Source of the DNA: the human T2T-CHM13v2.0 reference genome, Homo sapiens
Reading direction: 5' to 3' (one strand)
DNA length: 64,000 bases
Assembly (NCBI RefSeq): GCF_009914755.1
Contig: NC_060936.1
Part shown: in pieces, positions 1 to 11,800 of the stretch
Layout: each line of letters starts with the position of its first letter
Numbering within the stretch: position 1 is the stretch's first letter
Made by a program: the position numbers and the translations under genes
Notes under the pieces: model-generated
What the model was told of the DNA's origin: nothing
What the model saw: the letters and a program-made list of their open reading frames with translations, nothing else
Databases searched by the model: none

Positions 1-129
1 AAGCTCCAATTCTATGGAACTACATGTAATTCAGTGAAAATCCAGGTTCCCTCTGACCTTAGGCCTTTCTGCAGGTATTATTCCCTCCCCTCCCGCTTCT
101 TCACCAGGCCAACTACAAAGTGTTCCCCT

Positions 130-385
130 GGCCTTAGACATCATCTTCCTTGGGAAGCTTTCTGTGACCCCAGAGGAGTCGGTTGGGTGGTTCCTCTAAT
201 TGCTCTCAGGGGTGCTTTTGTAGCCCTGGTCTCACCATCTCTTGCAATTGTCTGCTCACTTTTTTCTTTTCATCATTTGGCTGTGAGCTGGAGGCCAGGG
301 CCTGGGGTTTGCTGTTTTTTCTCTAGCATCTGGCACAACCCCTAGAACATGGCAGGCACTCAACAAATGGTTGCAGAGCAAATGG
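130..385 (+). mobile_element. L2 LINE 3' end fragment
   Basis: Typical L2 tail: tctagcatctggcaca...ggcaggcactcaacaaatggttg. Confidence 0.6.
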
Positions 386-479
386 AAGATTGGCAGGCCT
401 GGAGATATTAGCTTGAAAGGCTTGTTAGGCTTATGGATAGAGAAAAGGTGATGCTGTCTTTGTGAGGAAGAGGGAGCAG

Positions 480-720
480 ATTTGTTTAATGTTGCAGGAG
501 GGCGGAACTGAGACCCACAGATAAAGATTAAGGAGGCAGATTTTGACTTAATGTAGGAGCAAGGGGAGGACTTACTAAAGGCCTTACAGCTTCAGGTTTC
601 CTACAGAAGAATAGGCTGCTGAGCATAGTGGTGAGTTCTCTGTCAATGGCAGTCACCAAGCACAGCATGTCTGAGCATCTGGCAGACCTAGGGTGCTAAA
701 TATGAGTTTTTGATGGCCTT
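480..720 (+). mobile_element. L3/CR1 LINE 3' fragment
   Basis: ggaggcagattttgacttaatgtagg...gaataggctgct...gtggtgagttctctgtca resembles the CR1/L3 3' end. Confidence 0.5.
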
Positions 721-2720
721 AATCATATCTTTTTTGTTCGTGTGAAGAAAACTACAACAAGTTACTTTGTTTTAAAAAATTAATATTCATTGTATTCAAG
801 TTATAAATTAAAACATTTAATGAGATAGTGTGTGTAAAGCATTTAGCATGGTACTCGGTGCAAAGGAGTGTTCAAAGAATCATGGTTTTTCTTTAAGCTT
901 TTAAGTTCAGCTTACAAATTTTACTATTTTATCTATAAGCCTAACAAGTTTTGACAATCCCCTTTAAAGAAGATTTTTTAATTTAATAAATTAAATTCCA
1001 TTAAACATGATGAGCTGTATTTACAAATTTAATATGTTAAATTTCCTTTCTTAAGAACTTCAATTACCTGACTTTAAATTTTTCAATTCTTAAGTTCTCT
1101 TAAATGTTTCAGAAGTGTTTATAAAGTCAGTAAAATTTCACCATCGAGTCACCAATTTAATTACTCAAATACACATTTTAAAATTGCTATCACAAGATTA
1201 ATCTGTAAGATGCCAATTTTCTTAGATACAAGTACTTAAAAATAGTAAATATACACAGAATCTTTGGCAAGTACTATGTATTTGATTCCCTTAATAGCTA
1301 TACTTTATCCTAAACCTCGTAAGAATTAAAGATACAATGTATTCTAAAGAAATAATATTTTTAGATAAAATTTTATTCTCATTTTTTCATATCTTTTTTT
1401 TGTGTTTTTTCTTTTCATGATAACAGCCTACCATTACTAAATAAATAATTATGCATTCCAAACATTTTGAAGGTTGCCTTGCCAAGAAAATTTTGGATGA
1501 TCGCCTTCTCAGCTGACTGAGGCTACTGACAGAAAAGAGATTTGGGTTGGCTGTGAGATCTGGAAGGCAGAACATCCAGGGAAATTCTGCCAACCATTCT
1601 AACATACAGGCTGGGTCCATTTCTATGGCCACTATGTCAAGAACCACAAAAATTGAAAAGGGAGGTGATCGTGTAATTTCTGGTGTGTTACCTAATATTA
1701 AGTTAGTGTTGAGTGGGTTCACTCCATCTAATCCTTTTCCATCCATCTTACCTCTTAGGTCTATAATTCTTTCAGATATGAAAAATGATACTTGATTGAA
1801 TGTTGGGCTCTTCTGGTTCTCACTTTACTTTGTAGACACAACTTACAAATTAATTTACTAAAAAGTTACCAAAGAAATTTTCCAAAATTGAGAGGGAGAT
1901 GAGACTAGATCATCCCTTCGTTTTCTTTGATTTCATGATTCTGTGTTTTGGGTGTACCAGAGGAGGCTATGACCCTTGTGACTCACAAGAGAGCCAGTGA
2001 TGGGGTGGGGACCCAGTTCAAGAAGAGAAGGGCTAGTCAGACACATGGACTTTAAGTTGAGGAGCACAGCGTTAAGATAGTGTGCCACTGAAATAAGGGG
2101 GCATTTGGAGAAGGTCATCCATCTTCGGGGTGAAGCAACAGCTCACAATACAAAGAGGGTCTCTGTGAGGAGTAGTGAGGAATAGTGAGGAGGAGGAGAG
2201 CACTCGTGGTGAGGGGTTGGAAGTTTGGGGAAAGAGGAAGTGGGGAGGGAGTGCTCCCACACACCACTGGTGAGCATGGAGACTGGCACGGCTCCAGAAG
2301 CAACTTGCCCACGTGTAGGAAAACCAGACACTCCTCAGAACCCAAACTAACTACAACCCTTTTTAAGGCACTGATTCTTTTTTAGGACAATATCTTTACT
2401 TAAAGAATAGTACAGAACATAGGCCAGGATTAATGTAGAAAATATCTTAATACTTATCACAGTGAAACACAAGGAAAAATTAAATGTCCAACAGCAGGGG
2501 AGGTTTTGCTCATCTCTTGAACTGAATATTATATAGCCATTCAAATGATGTTCTCAAGAAATCTATTTCAAAAAATTAATAAAATTGGAAAAGATGTATA
2601 TAGAATGTTAAATTTATATAAAGAAGCAAGATGTAAAGACCACATATACAATATTATCTTGTTATGAGTGCTTTTATATACTTTATATATAAAATATTTT
2701 AAAATATATTTTCTATAAAT

Positions 2721-2855
2721 ACACTTCTAGTCAATCATCCCCTCCCCTGAAAGCCATCAGCGATCCTGAGGACATGACCTCATGGATGATCTCAGAGGAG
2801 CTGCTCCATGCCCGCCTCACCTGCCAGCAGCCCATGTGCCCTGAGCCCTGACCAT
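2721..2855. repeat. Left arm of non-Alu inverted repeat (partner 3944-4082)
   Basis: Manual alignment to the reverse complement of 3944-4082: about 83% identity; 24-bp perfect block 2751-2774 vs 4029-4052. Confidence 0.9.
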
Positions 2856-2961
2856 TTATTTTAAAGTATTTTATATACTTTAAAAATGTTTTCCAAGTTA
2901 AAAAAGAAGCATCTATTACTTTTGTAAAAGTGAAAAAGAAACAAAAAGAGAAATCCTTTTA

Positions 2962-3345
<384 letters not shown>

Positions 3346-3466
3346 TGTGTAAGATACAGATGAACACAATTTGAAAGAAACTAGAGGATGTGTGGAACAC
3401 TGTCAAAGCTCATGTCATGTGGAAGTTGAGTGGAAATAGAAAACAGACCACTGACTTTGTCTAAAA

Positions 3467-3526
3467 GGTCACAATAAATTATTGGTCACAATAATTTATT
3501 GTGACCAATAATAAATTATTGTGACC
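3467..3526. repeat. Nested AT-rich palindrome (4 x GGTCACAATAA)
   Basis: Forward 11-mers at 3467 and 3484, reverse copies at 3496 and 3516; perfect 17-bp arms 3478-3494/3496-3512 around a 1-nt centre. Confidence 0.95.
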
Positions 3527-3943
3527 AAGAGTTATTGAATACATATTTGCACCATGCATTGGGTTAAACATTTTCTCATTTAGTTCTTATAAAACATAGT
3601 CTTATATGAGAAGTGTGATCACTAGCTCCATCTCACCCATGAAGTAACTGGGGCACTGAGGAGTCCAATTATTTGCTGAGGGCTACACAGTGTAGTAAAT
3701 GCCCAGCACTCAAACACGGAATCTTAACCACTGTGTGCTATTGCCTCGTTGCTTGGGAATTTGATTCTGAAAGGGAGAGAAACTGAATGTTTGTTGAAAG
3801 GGATAGTAGAGTTAAGGTCTGGGTTTATTTTGTCCTTCTAATATCGTGACATTTGGACATGTTTAAAGGCAGTAGAAAAGGAATCTGCAAAGAGGGAGAA
3901 ATAAAAGATGGATGTTAGGAATAGTGTTTCTCTAGCATCGAGG

Positions 3944-4082
3944 ATGGCTGGGGCTCAGGGAACAGAGGGGGGCTGCTGGCGGGTGAGGCGGGCATGGGGC
4001 CGCTCTTTTGAGATCATCTGTGAGGCTGTGTCCTCAGGATCGCTGATGGCTTGCAGGGGACGGGAAGATTGAATAGGAGTGT
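3944..4082. repeat. Right arm of non-Alu inverted repeat (partner 2721-2855)
   Basis: See partner arm; lies in a purine-rich stretch resembling antisense L2. Confidence 0.9.
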
Positions 4083-5429
4083 GGTGTTCTTGACATTTAG
4101 TTAAAGTGAGTGCCAGGTGGGGGCTGACAGACGAAGCATGCTGAGGAGGCCTGGAAGAGGAACCCTGAGGAGTAAGCTGAGCCCTGGGGCCAGGCTGCTG
4201 TGGGCAGGTTTATGAGCCAGGCCTGCTCAGTTGGCAGACCCTGTCCACAAGCACTCTGTGGTCTGGAAGCAAAGAGAGAGGAGTGGTGGCAGTGGTGGAG
4301 GAGAAGTTCCAGAATCTGAAGCGTTGCCCTGAATGGCCAATGCTGGATGGGTGCCCAGAGGAGGAAAGGGTGGTTGGGGCTGGGGGGAGTCCAGGGACAG
4401 GCAAATTTTGGGGGGAGCAAGGGCTGTTAGAGGCAGTTTGTGATTGGAAGAGATGAGAGGCAGGGAGGTGATGGTGAGAGAGGAAGCAGAAATTTGGAGA
4501 TGTTACAGCTGCAGTCAGTCCCACTTGGTGCTCAAGAACTTGGTGGCAGTTTGTCTGAAGGGGAACAGTGAGGTCAGGGTTTTTCACTAGCCATCAGAAT
4601 GAATGTTATGCACCCTGAGGATGATAGCAGAGTGCAGGGCATAAAAAGGAAAGAGCCTGACCCAGGCAGTAATGTAGATCATGTGAGTCCTGCAAAGGGT
4701 GGAGAGGGAACGTGGGAGAGAGAGGGCCGGGAGCAGAGGGCAGGACCAGGAGAGACGGTAGTTTGGACAGATGGCAGGAGTGTCAGTTGCTGAGATATGA
4801 AGATAAGGGGGAAGACTTGGAGAGATTAGGTAATTTGCCCAAGCCCACACGGTTCGTATGTGGAAGAGCAAGGATTCAGCCCTGACTTTGTAGCACTAAA
4901 GCCTATCATGTTCCCAGTTATAAACCTTAGCGAAGTCCCCTCAATAGGAGAGGCGGGAAGCTGCCTCAGAGGCTGAGATTCCTGACTGTAGCTCCTGCTC
5001 CAGGCCCACAACACAGTTTCCCTGAAGAGGGAGAGAAGCACAAGGTGAAGGTGACCCTGATGGGTCTCATGGGGTCAGGGGTGAGGACGTGGAGAGGAGG
5101 GCCAAGTTGAGAAGGCCCACGGTTCTCACAGATGCCTTCGTTCCATGGTAGTCAGTACTGACCCAATGCTTCCATCTCAGGAGAGGCTGAGGGCATCACA
5201 CGAAGCCAGCGCAACATCGCCTGGTTAGTCAGTTTGCCATGGGGCTGGTAGAGGAAGCACGGGGTGATCTCATCCTACATTCTGCTTCCCTTTCTTCCCT
5301 GGATGACTTGTGGAGCACTGAGGGGTCCCTCAAGAATGTGGCTGAGCACAGCAGGGAGAGCAGGGCTAGAAGAGATGATGAATTACTGAGGCATTTCAGC
5401 ACCTTGGCTCTGTCTCTCTTCCCCTCCAG

Positions 5430-5582
5430 GGAGGAGCTGTCATAAACAGAGATACCAAGCGGTGTCTGGAGATGAAGAAGGATCTTTTGGGTAGCCACGT
5501 GCTTGTGCTCCAGACCTGTAGCACGCAAGTGTGGGAAATCCAGCACACTGTCAGAGACTGGGGTCAGACCAACAGCCAGTGA
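5430..5582 (+). CDS. GALNT8: Last coding exon of polypeptide N-acetylgalactosaminyltransferase 8 (C-terminal ricin-B lectin subdomain); rest of the gene lies upstream of the window
   Basis: Polypyrimidine tract and acceptor (tgtctctcttcccctccag|G, AG at 5428-5429). Phase-0 translation GGAVINRDTKRCLEMKKDLLGSHVLVLQTCSTQVWEIQHTVRDWGQTNSQ* has the ricin-type CL..C..QxW pattern; TGA at 5580-5582. Gene name from recognition of the C-terminus and position upstream of KCNA6. Absent from the ORF track. Confidence 0.9.
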   Translation, partial: GGAVINRDTKRCLEMKKDLLGSHVLVLQTCSTQVWEIQHTVRDWGQTNSQ

Positions 5583-6989
5583 TCCTCAGATGGTGCTGGA
5601 TCTGGGTCATCAATTCTTGCAAGTGGAATGGCTTCTACTCCTAACACTCCCAGCTTCTTTCTCAATGAGAAAGAAAGCATGTGTATGTCTGTTTATGGCG
5701 ACTTCAGGTGGGGCCTGTGCGTGTGCCGGGGTGTCTCTGTTGGAGAGAGGAGAGGAAGCTCTGATGCCTCGTCCCCAGCTTCCCTGGGAAGGTCGTGATA
5801 TATATCAAATGCCATTCTTGGAAACTCCTTGAAATAACCAGCATCTTTTGGCTGTTACGTGGGGAGAGAAGGAGGAGGTTGGAAGTTTATCTTTGACTTC
5901 TGCCCACGATGTTTAGCCTTCCTTCCCGACAGCTACTGTCGCCATCTGCCCCACACCTCCTCCCCAGCTCATCTGCTTGGGGACTCCCCAGGCTGCCGGG
6001 GGCCATTCCACGTGAGAGGCTGGGCCCTCCTCAGGCCGGCAGCATGACACCTCTTCAGGTAGCACTAATTCTCCCTCCTGCCTGGACTGTCCTGAGAGAT
6101 GCAGAAAATAGATAAGTGACTTTTAAACATTCCTCCATTCATCCTTCCATGGCAGTTTTATTTGGATGATCAGTCTCTCCCACACCAAAGAGATTCTGGA
6201 GGCTGAGGGGAGGAGAGAAGGCACCTCGACTCATCACAGCTGTCCAGGGGACAGTGTGTTGAGAAGGGTAAGAAAATCCAGGGCCATCAAAGCCTTTCTC
6301 TTAGTAGGTCATAACATTTAATGACTTAATTACCTATTCCCTCCTCCTACTCTTGCAAATTATGGAGAAGATGAGGCTTGAATCAGAGGGGCATCGCTTG
6401 TTGTGGGCAAAGAAGAGATTGCAGGCAAAATCTTAAAACCAGGGATTCTACGGCTGCCCACTGGATAAATATTTTCTGCTAGTTGGTGAGTTGGGAAGAT
6501 ATAGCTCAGCCTGCCAATTTTTGGCAAGGTCTTGGAGGCTGGTGGGACCAGGCACCATGGTGGGAGAGGAGGTAGGATGGTCCTGTGCGTGTGGTGTGTT
6601 GTGGGATTACCCTTCAAGCATGTGCTCCCAGAACCCCTTCTTCAGAGGGCCACTTTTCTCTCTTAGTCCCGTGTCAGGGCTGCCTGGAAATGATTTGGGG
6701 AATCATTAGGTTTTCTTCAGGCCTTAGGCAAGCAGGACAGTGATAATTTGGTACAGAATTTAATCAATTAAAACTTATAAAAATGAACTTTTAAAAGTGT
6801 ACAGGTTATAGATAGCTTGATTAAAATTTCACTATGAACACTGCCATATCAAGAACTAAAACTACTGCAGATACGATTTTATTATGAAAAAATCAAGGGA
6901 CAAGATGAATGTTAAGCAAATGTATAACTTCTAGCTTCTGCCTGGCAAATTGAAGGGAAAATGCAGTTCACAGCAAAGTTTCGAAAAAG

Positions 6990-8850
6990 CATGCACCCAA
7001 TAGAAAGTTGGATAAAAGACACAATACTTAAACATATGAAAAGATGTTTAACCTCATTCGTAGTTAGAGAAATGCAAATTAAAACTGTATTGAGATACTT
7101 TTCACTTAAATTGGTAAAAATTAAAAAGTAAGACAGCACATTCTTTTGGAAGGGCTGTGAGAAACAGGCAATCTTATACATAAGGCAAACTGGGGATATT
7201 TAGCAATATCTAAAGAAACTGTATGTACATTTTCTATTTGTGCCAGTAATTCCACCTCTAGAGATTTACCTTAAAAATAAGAAAATACTTAGCACAAAGT
7301 GACTCTTTGCAGTATTCATTGTAACTGAGAAATGTTGAAAAAAAAAAAAGATGTGGCTGAACATCAGAGAATAATTGAATACCTCCATATAATGGAGTAC
7401 TATGCAGCTATGATAAAGAACAAAGACTCTTTCTCTGAACTGATATGGGGTGATTTCCAGTATCTTTTGTTAAGCGGGAAAAGAAAAATAGTATCTATAC
7501 TATGTACCTTTTAGGTAAGAAATAAGAGAAAAATATACCTGCATCTGTTCATTTCTGCAAAGTAAAACATAAGAAGAATAAATAAGAAAATAATGAGATT
7601 GGTTACAATAGGTGGTGGTGGTTGGAAATAGGGCAGAAAAAATTGGGAATAGGAACGGGATAGAAGGGATGTGGGGAGAGTGACATTTCTCTAACTATAT
7701 TTTCTATAGTTTTGACTTCTAGAACCGTGTTATGTTTCAAATGCTTAAAATATAAATCTATAAAATCAATAAAGATAGAAACCCAAAATGGAGTATAAAC
7801 AAAAATAAGTGAACCTAACTATATTTCCATATTGTAAATGAACACATACACACTCACTCATGCACACACACATTGATCACACCTAACATGCAGCACGCAG
7901 ATCTTGTTTCTAAATATTTTCCAGTGAAAGGAATTACAAGCCTTTGGAGAAATAGCTAATTTTAGGGCTGGGGCTGGGATATCTTTCTATTTTAGAAAGT
8001 TATAAACTGCTCAGAAAATTATGGGGACCTGTCACAAACCACAATGGTCAGGTTGAAGGGGCTTCCACTGGCCAAATCTGGGACAATTTGAGTATTAAAA
8101 TAAATAACGGTAATTTTAATTGAGTGATTGGCGTTAACATCATCAGTTGTCGGACAAACGGATATCATGGGCCTCCTGATATAATGCAAGAAGAACACAA
8201 TATCACTTCTATGGTTTTCCTGCCAAAATACAGAACCTGAACCTATAATCTTGAGGAGACATCAATCAAACCCAAATTGAGGGACATTCTTCAAAAGAAA
8301 TGGTCTGTATGCTTCAAAAATATCAACTCATGGAAGACAAGACTGAGGAAGTGTTCCAGATTTAAGGGGACTAACGAGATAACTAAATGTAATGTGTGAT
8401 CCTGGATTAGATCCTGGACCTGAGGGCTTTTTCCCCCTTTGATTGTAAAGGACAGCAGTAGACAATAGGTGAAAGTTGAAGAAGGTTTGTTGATTAGATA
8501 ATAGCATTGTATCCTGATTTTGATCATTGTACTCTGGCTATATAAGAGAATGTTCTTTATTTTACAAAATAGTCACTGGATGGAGTTGAGGGGAAGGGAC
8601 ATTATCTCTGAGATTTTATATAGATAGATGATGAAAGGATGGATGGATGGATGGAGCAGTAGACAGATTTGATGGAGGAGTGGATGGATGGAGATAGTTA
8701 GATAGATAGATAGATGAAACTGGGAATGATCAAGCAAATGTGGAAAAGTGAATCTGGATGAACAGTAAAGGGTTTGTTTACAAGAATTCTTTGTACTATG
8801 TTTGCGACTTTTCTGTACATCTGGAATTGTTTAAAAATAAAAAAAATTAA
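6990..8850 (+). mobile_element. Old L1 (L1MC/L1ME-type) ORF2-end and 3' UTR fragments, with a (GGAT/AGAT)n tract at ~8620-8720
   Basis: aaacatatgaaaagatgtttaacctca...gaaatgcaaattaaaact; caaacccaaattgagggacattct; ends in aataaa plus A-rich tail. Confidence 0.75.
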
Positions 8851-11800
8851 ACAAACTCAACGCCTATCTAGATAGACACTAAAAATCTCTTCCCTTTTAA
8901 CTGCAATGATAAGCAATAGCAGCTTAATTCAAGTTTGGTGTACTTTATTCTTTGAGGGAAATCTGTGATTCTCTCACACTTACAGTGAGGATACAGAAAG
9001 CTGCTTAGGCTCCCCAGCTTCCCAGAGGTCCTGAGCTTCCGCCAGCAGCTCTGTTCTCGAGGGTAGCCTGCTAGTTATGACAAAGAAGGTATTGATTTGC
9101 TTCCTTGGCCCTAAAACCACCTATTCATTCCTTGTCCTAAGATGTACATGGAATTATGTGTATCTGGTCACTGTCTACTTCCAGCCTTCATTGGCCAGGA
9201 CACGTGAAGGTTGTCTCAGCGGCTGTCTTCAGTCCACTCAGGAAGCTGTTCCCTTGGCAACCAAGTTAATTATTTATTGACCCCTCTCTTTCTGATTTTT
9301 GGGAACATTGGAGCTCTACTGTAAGTCAGTGTTACCTTGTAAACAACAGTTAATATGACGAGTAAACTAGTCGATGACCCTGGAGTATGAAAGGTCACCA
9401 AAACTCCAACAGAGAAGTCTATGTTTGATTCTAGGAGTTGGATATCTGGAACTGTGGACCCGTCATTCATTCCCTTTCTTTGGCTCAGAAAGTGAAAATC
9501 TCTGGGGCATCTTGCAAATGGCCATTTTCTCCCCATCCCACATTACCTCTCAATTTCCAGATGGCCGTACCCAATTTATCCCCTTATGGGAATAAGCCAC
9601 ACTAGACCAGCCTTAAAGAACCACAGTTTACTGTTACAAAATGCTCCTCTCTTGTTGGCCCTAAAGTAACAGGCTTATTCCTCTTGTCATTCCACCTATC
9701 CAAAACTAAAATTACAAGGCAGCTTTGCTTGTTCTTCTCCCTACAATGCCAGACTTCAAACAAATCCCAGGAATGCAGCTTGGATCTATCCTACTCTTTA
9801 TTGCAGCCTCTGCTTCCCTAGGATTCTGGCACTTTTCCAAAGGGAGCAGGGCCTTGGAGACTCAGGGGTCACTGCCATCATGTGCCTGGTTGTTTCTCTT
9901 CTCCAGGCCCTAAACATCACCTATATGAGGCTTGAGCATCCCGATTCTCTCTTCAGAGGGAGCAACTTCCTCATCTGTGTAAGACCTAAAGGGTACAGAG
10001 CTGTGAGCCATGCCATAATGCATTGACATTCTAGAATTTTAAAGTTAATCTCTTACAGAGTTCCCTTATTTTACATGTAATACATTTTAACAATAGGAAA
10101 TGTCCTTTTAGCTAATTTTCTAAATTTAAAGAAATTTGTGAAGTCCTTTTATAAAGATTAAATGAAATAGAGTGAGGTCTGTAATGTCAGGTTGAGTTAA
10201 TTATCACTAGGATTAAAGGGTAAAATCAACTGCTCATGACTTGAAGTTATAATTTTAACAAACACAATTTTTTCCCACAAACATTTTATGTCTCAAGATT
10301 CCAAATCTACCATCTCCTTGGAACTATAAAAACCAAATCTGTCAATATCACCAGAAAGCTCTTTGGCTTCCATAGCAAAAAAAAAAAAAAAACTAGGAAG
10401 AAACTCAACTTTGTATAACAAAATAAGAAGTAGGTATAGTTTTAACTTTAACTAATGAAACCAGATATGTCAACATTCCCTAATGTTAGTATTTTCCTTC
10501 TCTGTCTTATAAGTCACAAAAGCTAAGTCAGGACTTGTCCTTTCAAAGTAAGTTGTCAACCTTCTTTCACTCTTTGAAGGTTCTTCATTAACTGCTGAGT
10601 GAGGCTGGTGGTTCTGCTTCCAGGGCATTTTCTAGCTGAGACTAAATTGATGAAAATGGGCTTGTGCTTTACTGTTGTCACAAGGACTTTGTCCTGGAGC
10701 CCCTGAGTCCCAGCTATTCCCCCCTCATCAAGCTCTCTACTCTGCTTTCCAGAGAGCCTGCTTGTGGGCCTTCCTGATGGGTCTGCAGTGGATCTTGACC
10801 AGGTTTTCCATATGGGAATCCCTTCCTAGCATTGCTCAGGAAATTCTGCTTTTTCCAAATCCCAAATTCAAAGAAAAATCAGTTGAAAAATGGGGGAAAC
10901 AGAAAAGAGCTTTATAATTCTCCAGTGAGAATTAAAGTTTTGCAAGCGACATAGAGCTGTTACTGGTTTGATGAAACCATTGATGTCCAATGGAACGCAA
11001 GAGCAGAAAACACAGACACAGTCCAAGATTAAGGTTGATATTTTCGAAAACCAGGACAGGAGTGCAAAGAAAAAGAAAAGCAGTCATGATCTAATCAGTT
11101 TAACATCCTTATATGTAGCAATAGCCATGTTATAAATGTGTTTGTGATTTGTCTGCTTGTAATGTTGAGTAATTGTTGCAAGTAAAATACATGTTAGTAT
11201 TTTTTATGCATGGTATATTTTATGCAAATATTCATACAAATCTTATGAAGGATATTGTAAGAAATATCAAGTTTTGGAAGCGAAATATGTTCTTAAACTG
11301 GCAGTTTCAACCTGTGAGTCTATCTAGTGCTGCTAGCCTTACTAGGGTACCTGAATGTTACATTATCTGAATATACACAATAATGTTTGCTGGAATGTCC
11401 CAGAGTTTGAATATTTGCTACAGACCATAGTTTTTATAAATGTTATTGAACTTAATATTTCTTATTTATGAAATAACTTTTAGATATCCAAAACAATGAG
11501 TAAAGAGTATAATTAATTTTAGAAATACTTAAAGAGAAACTTATGATTTGGAGAATTCCTGAAAGTTTTGATTTTTTTACTCCTGAGCCCCAAAGATACT
11601 ATCTGTTGGGAATTGTTGAAAATCCTACCCTAACATTGCTTAAACCTACCAGGCTGTCTCCTTCAATTTACTGCTCTGGGTTCACCATTAAACAATTAAA
11701 CACGAATCCTTCAGGTATTTTTTAATAAAAATATGGTGCTTTTAGGTATTTTAATAAAAAATGGAAAACATTTCTTAATAAGCCAAGTGTTTCAAAATGC

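Noticed and set aside
1387-1795. Overlapping ORFs in a moderately GC patch inside AT-rich DNA (possible processed pseudogene)
   Set aside because: None of the frames I translated resembled a protein I recognise; BLASTX would be needed.
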